Shown here piece by piece: positions 56,493 to 64,000 of a DNA stretch of 64,000 nt (the stretch's first letter is position 1; each line of letters starts with the position of its first letter). Source of the DNA: Methanobacteriota archaeon. GTDB lineage: Archaea; Thermoplasmatota; Thermoplasmata; RBG-16-68-12. Position numbers and translations under genes: made by a program. The stretch is from assembly GCA_947084985.1 (NCBI GenBank), contig CAMTUI010000023.1:25724-89723 (forward strand), in the 5' to 3' direction. The notes below the pieces were generated by a model that worked only from the letters and a program-made list of their open reading frames with translations, did no database searches and was not told the origin of the DNA.

Positions 56493-57460
56493 TGATGCCG
56501 TGACGTCAGCTTCCCCTCTCGCTTCGCGAGCATCTCTAGGTACGCGAGGCTGTACCTTGCGAGGATCAAGAAGACGATCGCCATGGCGAGCAGGATGTAC
56601 AGCTCCGTCTTCGCGTCGAAGATCCAGAATTGGCCGCCGAAGGCCGTCGTGCCGAGCGTGAGCTGGCGGAGCGCGTCGAGTCCGAATGTCGCGGGGACGA
56701 AGGACCCCGCAATCGCGACGATCGGACCCCATCCCGGCACGCGGAACAGCCCTGCGACGGGGAAGTAGAAGCCGCTCGAGAAGAAGATCGGCTCCTCCAT
56801 GAGGGCGGACAGGTTCCAGGCCTCCCGGCCCCACAGGAGGTACAGGGAGGCGAACATCATGCCCAGGCCGTACAGGGCCGTCAGGGCGACGAAGAAGACG
56901 GCGAGGAGCAGGAAGACGTCGACGACCTGGAAAACGACGCCGAAGACGACGACGCCGGCGACGAGCGTCGAGACGGCGCGGAGGGACGTCATGAACATCC
57001 CGCCGACCGCCATGCCGCCGAGGAGGGCCATGCGGTTCATCGGGGCCATCATGTAGAGCTGCAGGTTCCCGATCTCCTTCTCCCAGTACAGCTGGCTTGC
57101 CATCGACCACAGGACGTTCAGCCAGAAGGCGACCATCGTACCGCCCAGGACGACGGATGCGATGAGCGCGTTCGTGTTCGCCTTAGCGACCGCGAGGTAC
57201 GCGGCCTGCTCCGCCGCGTCGACGCACGCGTGGTCCGCGCACGTCCCGCCCAGGATCGCGGCGATTGCGCGGTCGCCGAACGCCTGGTAGACGAACACGT
57301 ACGCGGCGATGCCGAGGAGCGGAAGGAAGGCCTCGAAGAAGATCCACGAGGGCTCGCGGTTCGCGCCAATCACGCGCGGGTACGCCCGGCCCACGACCGC
57401 ATGGAGGTTCAGGGAGATCCGCGCCCGGAGGTCCGTCCGGCGGACGCTCGCCGTGCTCAC
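56489..57460 (-). CDS. ABC-2 type exporter permease
   Basis: WEKEIGNLQLYMMAP, SGFYFPV, P.T.GLDALR. Confidence 0.88.
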   Translation of the reverse strand: MSTASVRRTDLRARISLNLHAVVGRAYPRVIGANREPSWIFFEAFLPLLGIAAYVFVYQAFGDRAIAAILGGTCADHACVDAAEQAAYLAVAKANTNALIASVVLGGTMVAFWLNVLWSMASQLYWEKEIGNLQLYMMAPMNRMALLGGMAVGGMFMTSLRAVSTLVAGVVVFGVVFQVVDVFLLLAVFFVALTALYGLGMMFASLYLLWGREAWNLSALMEEPIFFSSGFYFPVAGLFRVPGWGPIVAIAGSFVPATFGLDALRQLTLGTTAFGGQFWIFDAKTELYILLAMAIVFLILARYSLAYLEMLAKREGKLTSRHQ

Positions 57461-58473
57461 TCGAGACCCCTCCCGACCATACTGATGAAGACGTCCTCCA
57501 GGGTCGGCTCTGACTTCTGGAGGGAGTGGACTTTCGCGCCCTGCGTCATGATCGTGCTCAGGATGTCCGCCACGGGTCCCTCGTCCTCCAGGATGAAGGT
57601 CAGGTTCGTCCGGCCCTTCGCGAGATCGTCCTTGTGGGAGAAGTTCTTGACGCCCCGCAATCCGGAGAAGGCGGACGTCTCCCGGAGGGTGTCGACCTCA
57701 AGCCGGAACGTCGTGTCGTGGCGAATCATGCGCTTCAGGTTCTCCGGCGTGTCGCACGCAAGGATGCGCCCCTTGTCGATGATCGCGATCCGGTCGCACA
57801 TCTCGTCGGCCTCCATCATGTAGTGCGTCGTCAGGAGGACCGTCTTCCCTCTCCGCTTCTTGACCCAGTTCATCACGTAGTCCCGGATGACGCGCGCCGC
57901 GTTCACGTCGAGGCCGAGGGTGGGCTCGTCGAGGAAGAGGATGTCCGGGTCCGTGACGAACCCGCGGATCATGTTCATCTTCTGCCTCTGGCCCGACGAG
58001 ATCATGCGGACCTTCGCATCCCGTTTGTCCCACAGGCCGAAGATGTGCATGAGTTCATCGATGCGGACCTTCGCAACTTTGGACGGCACTCCGTAGAACT
58101 GGGAGAACATCCAGATGTTCTCGCGCACGGTCAGGAGTCCGTATCCCGACGTCTCGCCGCCGGACACCATGTTGATCCGCTGGCGGATCGGGAACGGGTC
58201 CTTCGCGACATCGTGGCCGGCGACGAGGGCCTGGCCCGAGGTCGGCAGGAGGAGCGTCGCGAGGATCTTGATCAGGGTCGTCTTGCCGGCGCCATTCGGG
58301 CCCAGAAGGCCGAACAGCTCCCCATCCCGGATCTGCAGGCTCGCGCGATCGAGGGCGGTGACCGGCCCCTGGCTATCCTCCCCGCCGTTCGGGGTGGCCT
58401 TGCGGCGGAGGCGGATCTTCTTCTTTCCGGAGAAGACCCGGGTCAGGTCGCGTATCTCGACAGCGTAGGACAT
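57457..58473 (-). CDS. ABC transporter ATP-binding protein
   Basis: GPNGAGKT, ISSGQRQK, LFLDEPT, LTTHYM, EPTLEDVF. Confidence 0.95.
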   Translation of the reverse strand: MSYAVEIRDLTRVFSGKKKIRLRRKATPNGGEDSQGPVTALDRASLQIRDGELFGLLGPNGAGKTTLIKILATLLLPTSGQALVAGHDVAKDPFPIRQRINMVSGGETSGYGLLTVRENIWMFSQFYGVPSKVAKVRIDELMHIFGLWDKRDAKVRMISSGQRQKMNMIRGFVTDPDILFLDEPTLGLDVNAARVIRDYVMNWVKKRRGKTVLLTTHYMMEADEMCDRIAIIDKGRILACDTPENLKRMIRHDTTFRLEVDTLRETSAFSGLRGVKNFSHKDDLAKGRTNLTFILEDEGPVADILSTIMTQGAKVHSLQKSEPTLEDVFISMVGRGLE

Positions 58474-58526
58474 GGGAAGCCGCGTCCGATCGCCCTCGGA
58501 CCGGAGGCGCAAGACGGAACGGAGGT

Positions 58527-58718
58527 TCAGGCGACCGATCGTTTGCGGTATCGGGTGATGTACCCGGCGATCCGGTTGCGCATCAAGATGCTCCGGACGT
58601 CCGAGAGCTCCGACACCTTGCGCTTGTTGTGGTCGAAGTCGTCCGTGAATTCGTTCGGATAGAGCTTCGCGAGTTCAATCGCGACGCGCTTGATGTAGGT
58701 CGGCCGGACGTTGCCCAA
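58527..58718 (-). CDS. rps17e: 30S ribosomal protein S17e
   Basis: [33 protein letters not shown] start. Confidence 0.96.
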   Translation of the reverse strand: MGNVRPTYIKRVAIELAKLYPNEFTDDFDHNKRKVSELSDVRSILMRNRIAGYITRYRKRSVA

Positions 58719-58933
58719 CGTTTCACTCCGCGTTCCAGCTGAGAGGGGAGCGTGCGAAGAGGAGGGACGTAGATAAAGGTTCTCAGGAGCGGCGCGACGA
58801 GGCGCGGGCACGCGTCCCTCGAGCCGACGTGAGACGCGCGGCGCATAACGAACCGGCAACTCTTAAATAGGAACCCCTGTTACGCCCGGTTTAGAACGGG
58901 CACGCCCCGCCGGTCCCTCAGGAGCGGATGCGG

Positions 58934-59098
58934 ATGGAAGAAAGCCTTGTGAACGTCGAGTTCCTGAAGAGTTCGAACAGCTTCATCGCCCGCATTCAAA
59001 GCGAGCTCGGCGGGATGCGGGAATACCGCAGCTCCTCCTTCGAGGAGGTCCTCGAGCAGGTCGTCATCGACCTCCAAGAGGAGTTCGAGTCCTACTGA
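58934..59098 (+). CDS. Small acidic hypothetical protein (54 aa), not in the ORF track
   Basis: MEESLVNVEFLKSSNSFIARIQSELGGMREYRSSSFEEVLEQVVIDLQEEFESY*; CTTAAATA box and AGGAG SD upstream; strong GC3 bias. Confidence 0.75.
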   Translation: MEESLVNVEFLKSSNSFIARIQSELGGMREYRSSSFEEVLEQVVIDLQEEFESY

Positions 59099-59107
59099 GC
59101 CTGCGAA

Positions 59108-59887
59108 TCACGAGCCGGTCCAGGCGGGCTTCCGCTTCTCGATGAAGGCCTTCATGCCCTCCGCCTTGTCCTGCGTCGAGCCGACGACGCCGAACGCGGC
59201 GGTCTCGAAATCCAGGCCCGCGGACAGGGGCATTTCCTGAGCGGCCCTCAGACACGCCTTCGCGATGGCGATCGCGGCGGGACTCTTCTCGAGGATCCTC
59301 CGGGCGAGAGCCTTCGCCTCGTCGAGGAGGCGGTCCGCCGGCACGACGCGGTTCACGAGCCCGATCCTCTCCGCGGTCGCCGCATCGATCGCGTCCCCCG
59401 TGAAGATCATCTCCGCCGCCCATCCCGGCCCGACGAGGCGCGGCAAGCGCTGGCTCCCGCCGAACCCCGGGATGATCCCGATGTTCACCTCCGGCTGTCC
59501 GATCTTTGCCTGGTCGGACGCGATTCGGATGTCGCACGCGAGGGCGAGCTCACATCCGCCGCCGAGCGCGTAGCCGTTGATCGCGGCGATGATCGGTTTG
59601 TTGCACGCCGCCATCGCGTCCCCGAGTCGGCGGCCGATCTCGGAGAAGCCGCGCATCTCGAGCCCGGACAGGTTCGCCATCTCCTTGATGTCCGCCCCCG
59701 CGACGAAGGCCTTGTCCCCCGCCCCGGTCAGGATGATCGCGCCGATGTCCTGGGCCAACGAAACGTGCTCGAACGTCATCGCGAGCTCCCGCAGGACGAT
59801 CGAGTTGAGGGCGTTCCGCGCGTCCGGCCGGTTGATCGTCACGATCGCGAGGCGATCCTCCATCTCCACCTTCACGAGGTCGGGCAT
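59108..59887 (-). CDS. crt: Enoyl-CoA hydratase (crotonase)
   Basis: INRPDARNAL, AFVAGADI, INGYALGGGCELA, QPEVNIGIIPGFGG. Confidence 0.93.
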   Translation of the reverse strand: MPDLVKVEMEDRLAIVTINRPDARNALNSIVLRELAMTFEHVSLAQDIGAIILTGAGDKAFVAGADIKEMANLSGLEMRGFSEIGRRLGDAMAACNKPIIAAINGYALGGGCELALACDIRIASDQAKIGQPEVNIGIIPGFGGSQRLPRLVGPGWAAEMIFTGDAIDAATAERIGLVNRVVPADRLLDEAKALARRILEKSPAAIAIAKACLRAAQEMPLSAGLDFETAAFGVVGSTQDKAEGMKAFIEKRKPAWTGS

Positions 59888-60016
59888 GGTCTCGACGCCT
59901 GGGAAGGGGATGGACGTCGATGAACCTTCGGTACGGATGTGCACGCACGCAGGGTCGGAGGAACACCGAGGAAAAGTATTTCTCCGGAGGTCCGGATGGA
60001 TACTCGAGGCCGAGGG

Positions 60017-60961
60017 ATGCCTTCGTACCGCCGACTTCTCCCGCTCGGATTGGCAATCGTGGTCGTCAGCGCGCTCCTCCTCGTCGCGCAGCCTGCCCGC
60101 GCGGACGCGGCCCGGCCGACGTGGTCCGTCGGCGACTACTGGGAATACGACATCCTTGGGGCCATCTCCCCGTCGGGCGAGGCGGGGACCCTGCGCCTCG
60201 ACGTCGTCGGGCAGGACTCCCTGTCCGTCGGCGCGGCGACGTACTCGACGCATCGCACGAACCTGACGTTCAACGTGACCCTCCTCGGGACGCCGTACGA
60301 GATCCACGGAAACGCGTGGTTCCGGACGACGGATCTCGCGCTCGCCAAGCTGAACTTCTCCATCACGGTCTTGGGGTTCACGTCCTCCATCGCGATCACG
60401 AACGAGCCGCCCCTGTCGATCCAGTGGCCCCTGACCGCAGGGAGGACGTGGGACGTCGCGAGCACGGTGACCGTGGTGACGGAGATCCCGGGCTTCCCGC
60501 CAGGGACGGATACATCCCTGGTGACCGCCACGGCCCTCGTCGGGGCGGACGAGACGGTCGTCGTGGCGGCGGGGACGTTCACCGCGACGCCGCTCCGGCA
60601 GACGGCGCCGGACGGGAACTACTCGAAGAGCTATTGGTCCGACGAGGCGGGCAACTCCGTCGAGGAGAAGTCGTACAACTCCACGGGCGCGGAGACGAGC
60701 TCGATGGAGCTCCGGTCGTACAGCTACACGCCGCCTTCCGGGACGACCGGCGCCGACACGATCCTCGGGTTGCCGTGGTACCTCTGGATCGTGTTCGTCC
60801 TGATCGGGGTCTTCGCGGTCGTCGCGTTCCTCATGATTCGCCGCAAGCCGCCGATGCCGATGCCCGTACCGCCGGGCGCGCCGCCGCCGATGCAGCCCAT
60901 GCCGCCGACCCCGCCGCTGGAGCCCGGGCCGCCGGGCGGCCCTCCGGGCTCGCCGCCCTGA
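60017..60961 (+). CDS. Type I membrane protein with beta-rich ectodomain and Pro-rich cytoplasmic tail
   Basis: Signal peptide, P.WSVGDYWEY, ETVVVAAGTF, C-terminal TM + RRK + PPMPMPVPPGAPPP... Confidence 0.8.
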   Translation: MPSYRRLLPLGLAIVVVSALLLVAQPARADAARPTWSVGDYWEYDILGAISPSGEAGTLRLDVVGQDSLSVGAATYSTHRTNLTFNVTLLGTPYEIHGNAWFRTTDLALAKLNFSITVLGFTSSIAITNEPPLSIQWPLTAGRTWDVASTVTVVTEIPGFPPGTDTSLVTATALVGADETVVVAAGTFTATPLRQTAPDGNYSKSYWSDEAGNSVEEKSYNSTGAETSSMELRSYSYTPPSGTTGADTILGLPWYLWIVFVLIGVFAVVAFLMIRRKPPMPMPVPPGAPPPMQPMPPTPPLEPGPPGGPPGSPP

Positions 60962-60966
60962 GCGGG

Positions 60967-61836
60967 CTACGCCTTCGCGTAGTCGTACACGCCGCGGCCC
61001 GTCTTTCGTCCGAGGCGGCCCGCGCGCACGTACTTCCGCAGGAGCGGCGAGGGCCGAAACTTCGGGTCGCCAGTCTCGCGGTACAGGACCTCCATCACGT
61101 CGAGCCCGATGTCCAGCCCCGTGTAGTCCGCGAGCTCGAACGGCCCCATCGGCATGTTCGTCCCGAGCTTCATCGCCTTGTCGATGTCCTCCGCGGTCGC
61201 GGCGCCTTCCATCAGGAGGTTGAACGCCTCGTTCATCATCGGCACGAGCAGGCGGTTCACGACGAACCCGGGGCTCTCCCGGACCTCGACGGGCTCCTTG
61301 CCCAGCCTCGTGGATAGGTCCATGATCAGCTGCACGGTCTCGTCGCTCGTCTCCGAGCCGCGGACCACCTCGACGAGCTTCATGACCGGCGCGGGGTTGA
61401 AGAAGTGTAGACCGACGACGCGGTCCGCGCGCTTTGTCGTATTCGCCATCTCCGTGATGCTCAGGGACGACGTGTTCGACGCGAACACGACCCCGGGCGC
61501 GCAGAGGCCGTCCATCTCCGCGTACAGGGCGCGCTTTAGGTCCATCTTCTCGAGGATCGCCTCGATCACGACGCCCGCGCCGTCGAGGGCCTCCCGCAGG
61601 TCCACGGTCCCCTGGATGTTCGACAGGATCGCGTCCACGTCGGCCTGGGCCATCTTCCCCTTCTCGACGCGTTTCATGAGCGGCTCGCGGATCCGTTGGA
61701 AGCCGCCTTCGACAAAGCGCGGCTCGATGTCCCTCATCGCGACCCGGAATCCCGCAGCCGCGCACGTCTGCGCGATCCCCGCGCCCATCGTTCCCGCGCC
61801 GATCACGGCGATCTTCTTCACGTCGGCCAAGCGCAT
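60967..61836 (-). CDS. hbd: 3-hydroxyacyl(butyryl)-CoA dehydrogenase
   Basis: VIGAGTMGAGIA, EAILE, SNTSSLSI, HFFNP, PGFVVNR, PMGP..LAD..GLD, GRKTGRG. Confidence 0.94.
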   Translation of the reverse strand: MRLADVKKIAVIGAGTMGAGIAQTCAAAGFRVAMRDIEPRFVEGGFQRIREPLMKRVEKGKMAQADVDAILSNIQGTVDLREALDGAGVVIEAILEKMDLKRALYAEMDGLCAPGVVFASNTSSLSITEMANTTKRADRVVGLHFFNPAPVMKLVEVVRGSETSDETVQLIMDLSTRLGKEPVEVRESPGFVVNRLLVPMMNEAFNLLMEGAATAEDIDKAMKLGTNMPMGPFELADYTGLDIGLDVMEVLYRETGDPKFRPSPLLRKYVRAGRLGRKTGRGVYDYAKA

Positions 61837-61929
61837 GCGTCCACCGTCGGCGAGCGAATGCGCGGACGACCATAGAGCTTTGCGGGGGCCGCAGGCGTTA
61901 CATAGGCCGGTGCGGGTGTCCCGGTCCGC

Positions 61930-62847
61930 ATGCGCGGCGGCCCGTACGCGGCGATCGCCCTCGCCGTCGTGTCGGTGAGCTTCAGCGCGATCTTCATCAC
62001 ATGGAGCACGTCGCCCTTCATCACAATCGCCCTGTACCGCCTTGCCCTCGCCTCGCTGATCCTCGCACCCTTCGCCCTCCTCGATCCGCGCAAGCCGCTG
62101 CGCGCGATCCCGCGGCGCGACCTCGCCCTCATGGCCGGGATCGGCGTCATCCTGGCGTTCCACTTCGCTCTCTGGATCGGATCCCTGAAGATCGAGGCGG
62201 TCAAGGTGAGCGTCGCGAGCTCCGTGATCCTGGTCACGTCTCACCCGCTCCTCGTCGGTCTGCTGTCCCACTTCGTCATGAAGGAGCGATTGAACGCCTG
62301 GATGGCCCTCGGGATCGGCCTCGGGTTCAGCGGCGTCGTCGTGATCGCCTTCGCGGATTCCCAAGCCGCGAGCGCGACCGTCGTCGGGAACTTGCTCGCG
62401 TTCCTCGGCGGGATCGCGGCGGGCTTCTATTTCCTCGCGGGGCGGCGGCTGCGTCCACGGGTGCCCTTGATCGCGTACGCGTTCGTCGTGTATGTGACCG
62501 CGACAGGCACGCTGCTCATCCTGACAATCGCCCTGGGAGACAGCCTCGTCCCCGTCGGCGACGCGGGCCGCGAGATCCTCCTGTTCCTCGCGATGGCTGT
62601 AATCCCGCAGATCGGTGGGCACACCCTGTACAACTGGTCCCTCCGCTGGGTCACCGCGCCCGTCGTGAGCCTGAGCCTCGTCGGCGAACCGATCGGATCG
62701 AGCCTCCTCGCGTGGGTCCTCCTAGACCAGGTGCCCGGGGCGGCGGTTGCGGTCGGCGGCGTCCTCGCCCTCGCGGGGATCTACCTCACGGCCACGGGGC
62801 AGAGCGCGCGGACGCGGGAGGCGATTGCCGCGCGGGACGTCGAGTGA
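61930..62847 (+). CDS. EamA/DMT family transporter
   Basis: Ten TM helices, AFHF..W..SL, GHTLYNWSL, GEPIGSSLLA. Confidence 0.92.
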   Translation: MRGGPYAAIALAVVSVSFSAIFITWSTSPFITIALYRLALASLILAPFALLDPRKPLRAIPRRDLALMAGIGVILAFHFALWIGSLKIEAVKVSVASSVILVTSHPLLVGLLSHFVMKERLNAWMALGIGLGFSGVVVIAFADSQAASATVVGNLLAFLGGIAAGFYFLAGRRLRPRVPLIAYAFVVYVTATGTLLILTIALGDSLVPVGDAGREILLFLAMAVIPQIGGHTLYNWSLRWVTAPVVSLSLVGEPIGSSLLAWVLLDQVPGAAVAVGGVLALAGIYLTATGQSARTREAIAARDVE

Positions 62848-63110
62848 GCAGGATACCTCCAAGTAGAGGTATGAACCGCGGCGGAGACGAACCGCTCGAT
62901 ACGTGCCCACCGACGGGCGATCTCCTGCTCCGCCCTGCGGTGGTGTGCGGCCATACGCCGGAGAAGTGCCCCCTTGGTTTTCGGAGCCCCGAAGCGGCCT
63001 ACATAGTCCTCCCTGCGAACGAATCGCCCGCCCTGCCGCTCGTATTGCCAGAAGTAGACGTACCGGCGTCCGCCGAAATCGCGGACCCGGGTCTCACAGC
63101 CAATCTCCAT
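62781..63110 (-). CDS. Small basic protein resembling SSV1 ORF D-335-like (integrase N-terminal) DNA-binding domains
   Basis: GRRYVYFWQYE..GG....EDYVG motif followed by an amphipathic helix; GAGGT SD supplied by the upstream palindrome; family call by eye only. Confidence 0.55.
   Translation of the reverse strand: MEIGCETRVRDFGGRRYVYFWQYERQGGRFVRREDYVGRFGAPKTKGALLRRMAAHHRRAEQEIARRWARIERFVSAAVHTSTWRYPAHSTSRAAIASRVRALCPVAVR
62853..62872. repeat. 20-bp imperfect palindrome, copy 1
   Basis: ATACCTCCAAGTAGAGGTAT; 19/20 identical to the copy at 63116. Confidence 0.85.
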
Positions 63111-63115
63111 GTTTC

Positions 63116-63135
63116 ATACCTCTAAGTAGAGGTAT
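63116..63135. repeat. 20-bp 8-4-8 palindrome, copy 2
   Basis: ATACCTCT-AAGT-AGAGGTAT. Confidence 0.85.
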
Positions 63136-63180
63136 ACGCAGGGGGTCTCATCCTCGTTCCCGTGGGGTGTGTGAAACTGC

Positions 63181-64000
63181 TCAGAGGTCGCCCGGCCCTC
63201 GTCCCTTCCTCTCGAACTGTTTCGCGTACAGGTCCTTGAGCCGCGCATACGTGTCAACATCTGCCGGTGCCTTGTCGTCCCGGATCCGCACGATGCGGGC
63301 GAAGCGGAGCGCAAAGCCGCTCGGGTAGTGCGGACTCCTCTGGATCTCGTTGTACGCGACCTCGACCACGGCCTCGGGGCGGACGTGGAATCCCCACCGC
63401 TCCTCCGACGTCGCAAGGCCGCGCAGGCGCTCCGTCATCGCCCCGAATTCCGCATCCGTGAGGCCCTTGAACGTCTTCCCGATCATCTGGAACTCGCCCG
63501 TGCGGTCGTCCCTCACCGCGAGCCAGTAGTTTGACAGCCAGCCCTCCCGACGACCGGAGCCCCACTCCGCCGCAACGATCGCCAGGTCGAGATGGTCCGC
63601 GGGCTTGATCTTGAACCACTTCTTCCCCCGCTTGCCGACGGAGTACGGGGCGTCGAGGTGCTTCGCCATGAGGCCCTCGTGGCCCGCCTCCAGGGCCTCC
63701 TGCAGGAACGACTCGATCTCTTCCTTCGTCCGCACGATCCGCCGCGCGGTCAGCAGGTCCCGGGGCACGAGCCGCTCCAGGAGCTCCCATCGAACGCGAT
63801 ACGGCTCGTCAATCAGCGTGCGCCCATCGAGATGCAGGAGGTCGAACAGGAAGAGCTTCAGGGGGATCTCCTCCTGGGCCGCGTCGATGTCATGCACGCG
63901 GCGGAAGCGGCGCATCAAGTCCTGGAACGGCAGCGGCTTTCCTTCGTGGTCCGTCGCGACGACCTCGCCTTCGAGGAGGAACGCCCGTGCCTGAAGGGAC
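63181..64000 (-). CDS. lig: ATP-dependent DNA ligase, C-terminal part (5' truncated by window edge)
   Basis: LEGEVV, PFQ, FDLL, EGLMAK, RGKKWFKIK, LDLAIV.AEWG.GRR, ALRF.R....R.DK. Confidence 0.96.
   Translation of the reverse strand, partial: SLQARAFLLEGEVVATDHEGKPLPFQDLMRRFRRVHDIDAAQEEIPLKLFLFDLLHLDGRTLIDEPYRVRWELLERLVPRDLLTARRIVRTKEEIESFLQEALEAGHEGLMAKHLDAPYSVGKRGKKWFKIKPADHLDLAIVAAEWGSGRREGWLSNYWLAVRDDRTGEFQMIGKTFKGLTDAEFGAMTERLRGLATSEERWGFHVRPEAVVEVAYNEIQRSPHYPSGFALRFARIVRIRDDKAPADVDTYARLKDLYAKQFERKGRGPGDL

Noticed and set aside
60850..60961. CCG-rich repeats
   Set aside because: They encode the Pro-rich protein tail and are not an independent DNA repeat

Overview
High-GC archaeal chromosomal DNA, most consistent with an uncultured Thermoplasmata lineage. 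That placement is an inference from TBP, the exosome/proteasome superoperon, Cbf5, archaeal RibC/RibL, an AGT-EndoV fusion and folate-type PurH/PurN. Most of the window is housekeeping: purD-folD-metF-purH-purN, metG, ribBLCH, pgi/pmi, cbf5-cmk, the pop5-psmA-SBDS-rrp4/41/42-rpl37ae-rpoP-pcc1-pfdB cluster, ftsZ, rnhB, tbp, an ABC exporter, crt/hbd and DNA ligase. No CRISPR array, rRNA or transposase was seen. The notable items are mostly absent from, or obscured in, the ORF track: (1) two tandem sibling small-RNA-like units (13399-13619, minus strand), each with a TATA-like box, a shared ~30-nt C-rich 5' end, a stem and a U-tract; (2) three intron-containing tRNAs, including an initiator tRNA-Met with two introns (37/38 and 59/60) and an atypical second tRNA-Ser(GGA) with a shrunken D-loop and a T-loop intron; (3) a four-gene KaiC ATPase + Roadblock + paralogous V4R-like pair operon in which one paralog has lost its cysteines; (4) a 13-codon Lys-rich peptide gene with a clear TATA box and SD; (5) a small SSV1 ORF D-335-like gene bracketed by two 20-bp palindromes; (6) a frameshifted, Glu-less triple ATP-synthase-c-like gene between the two tRNA-Ser genes. 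All family assignments come from motifs read by eye; no database search was run.
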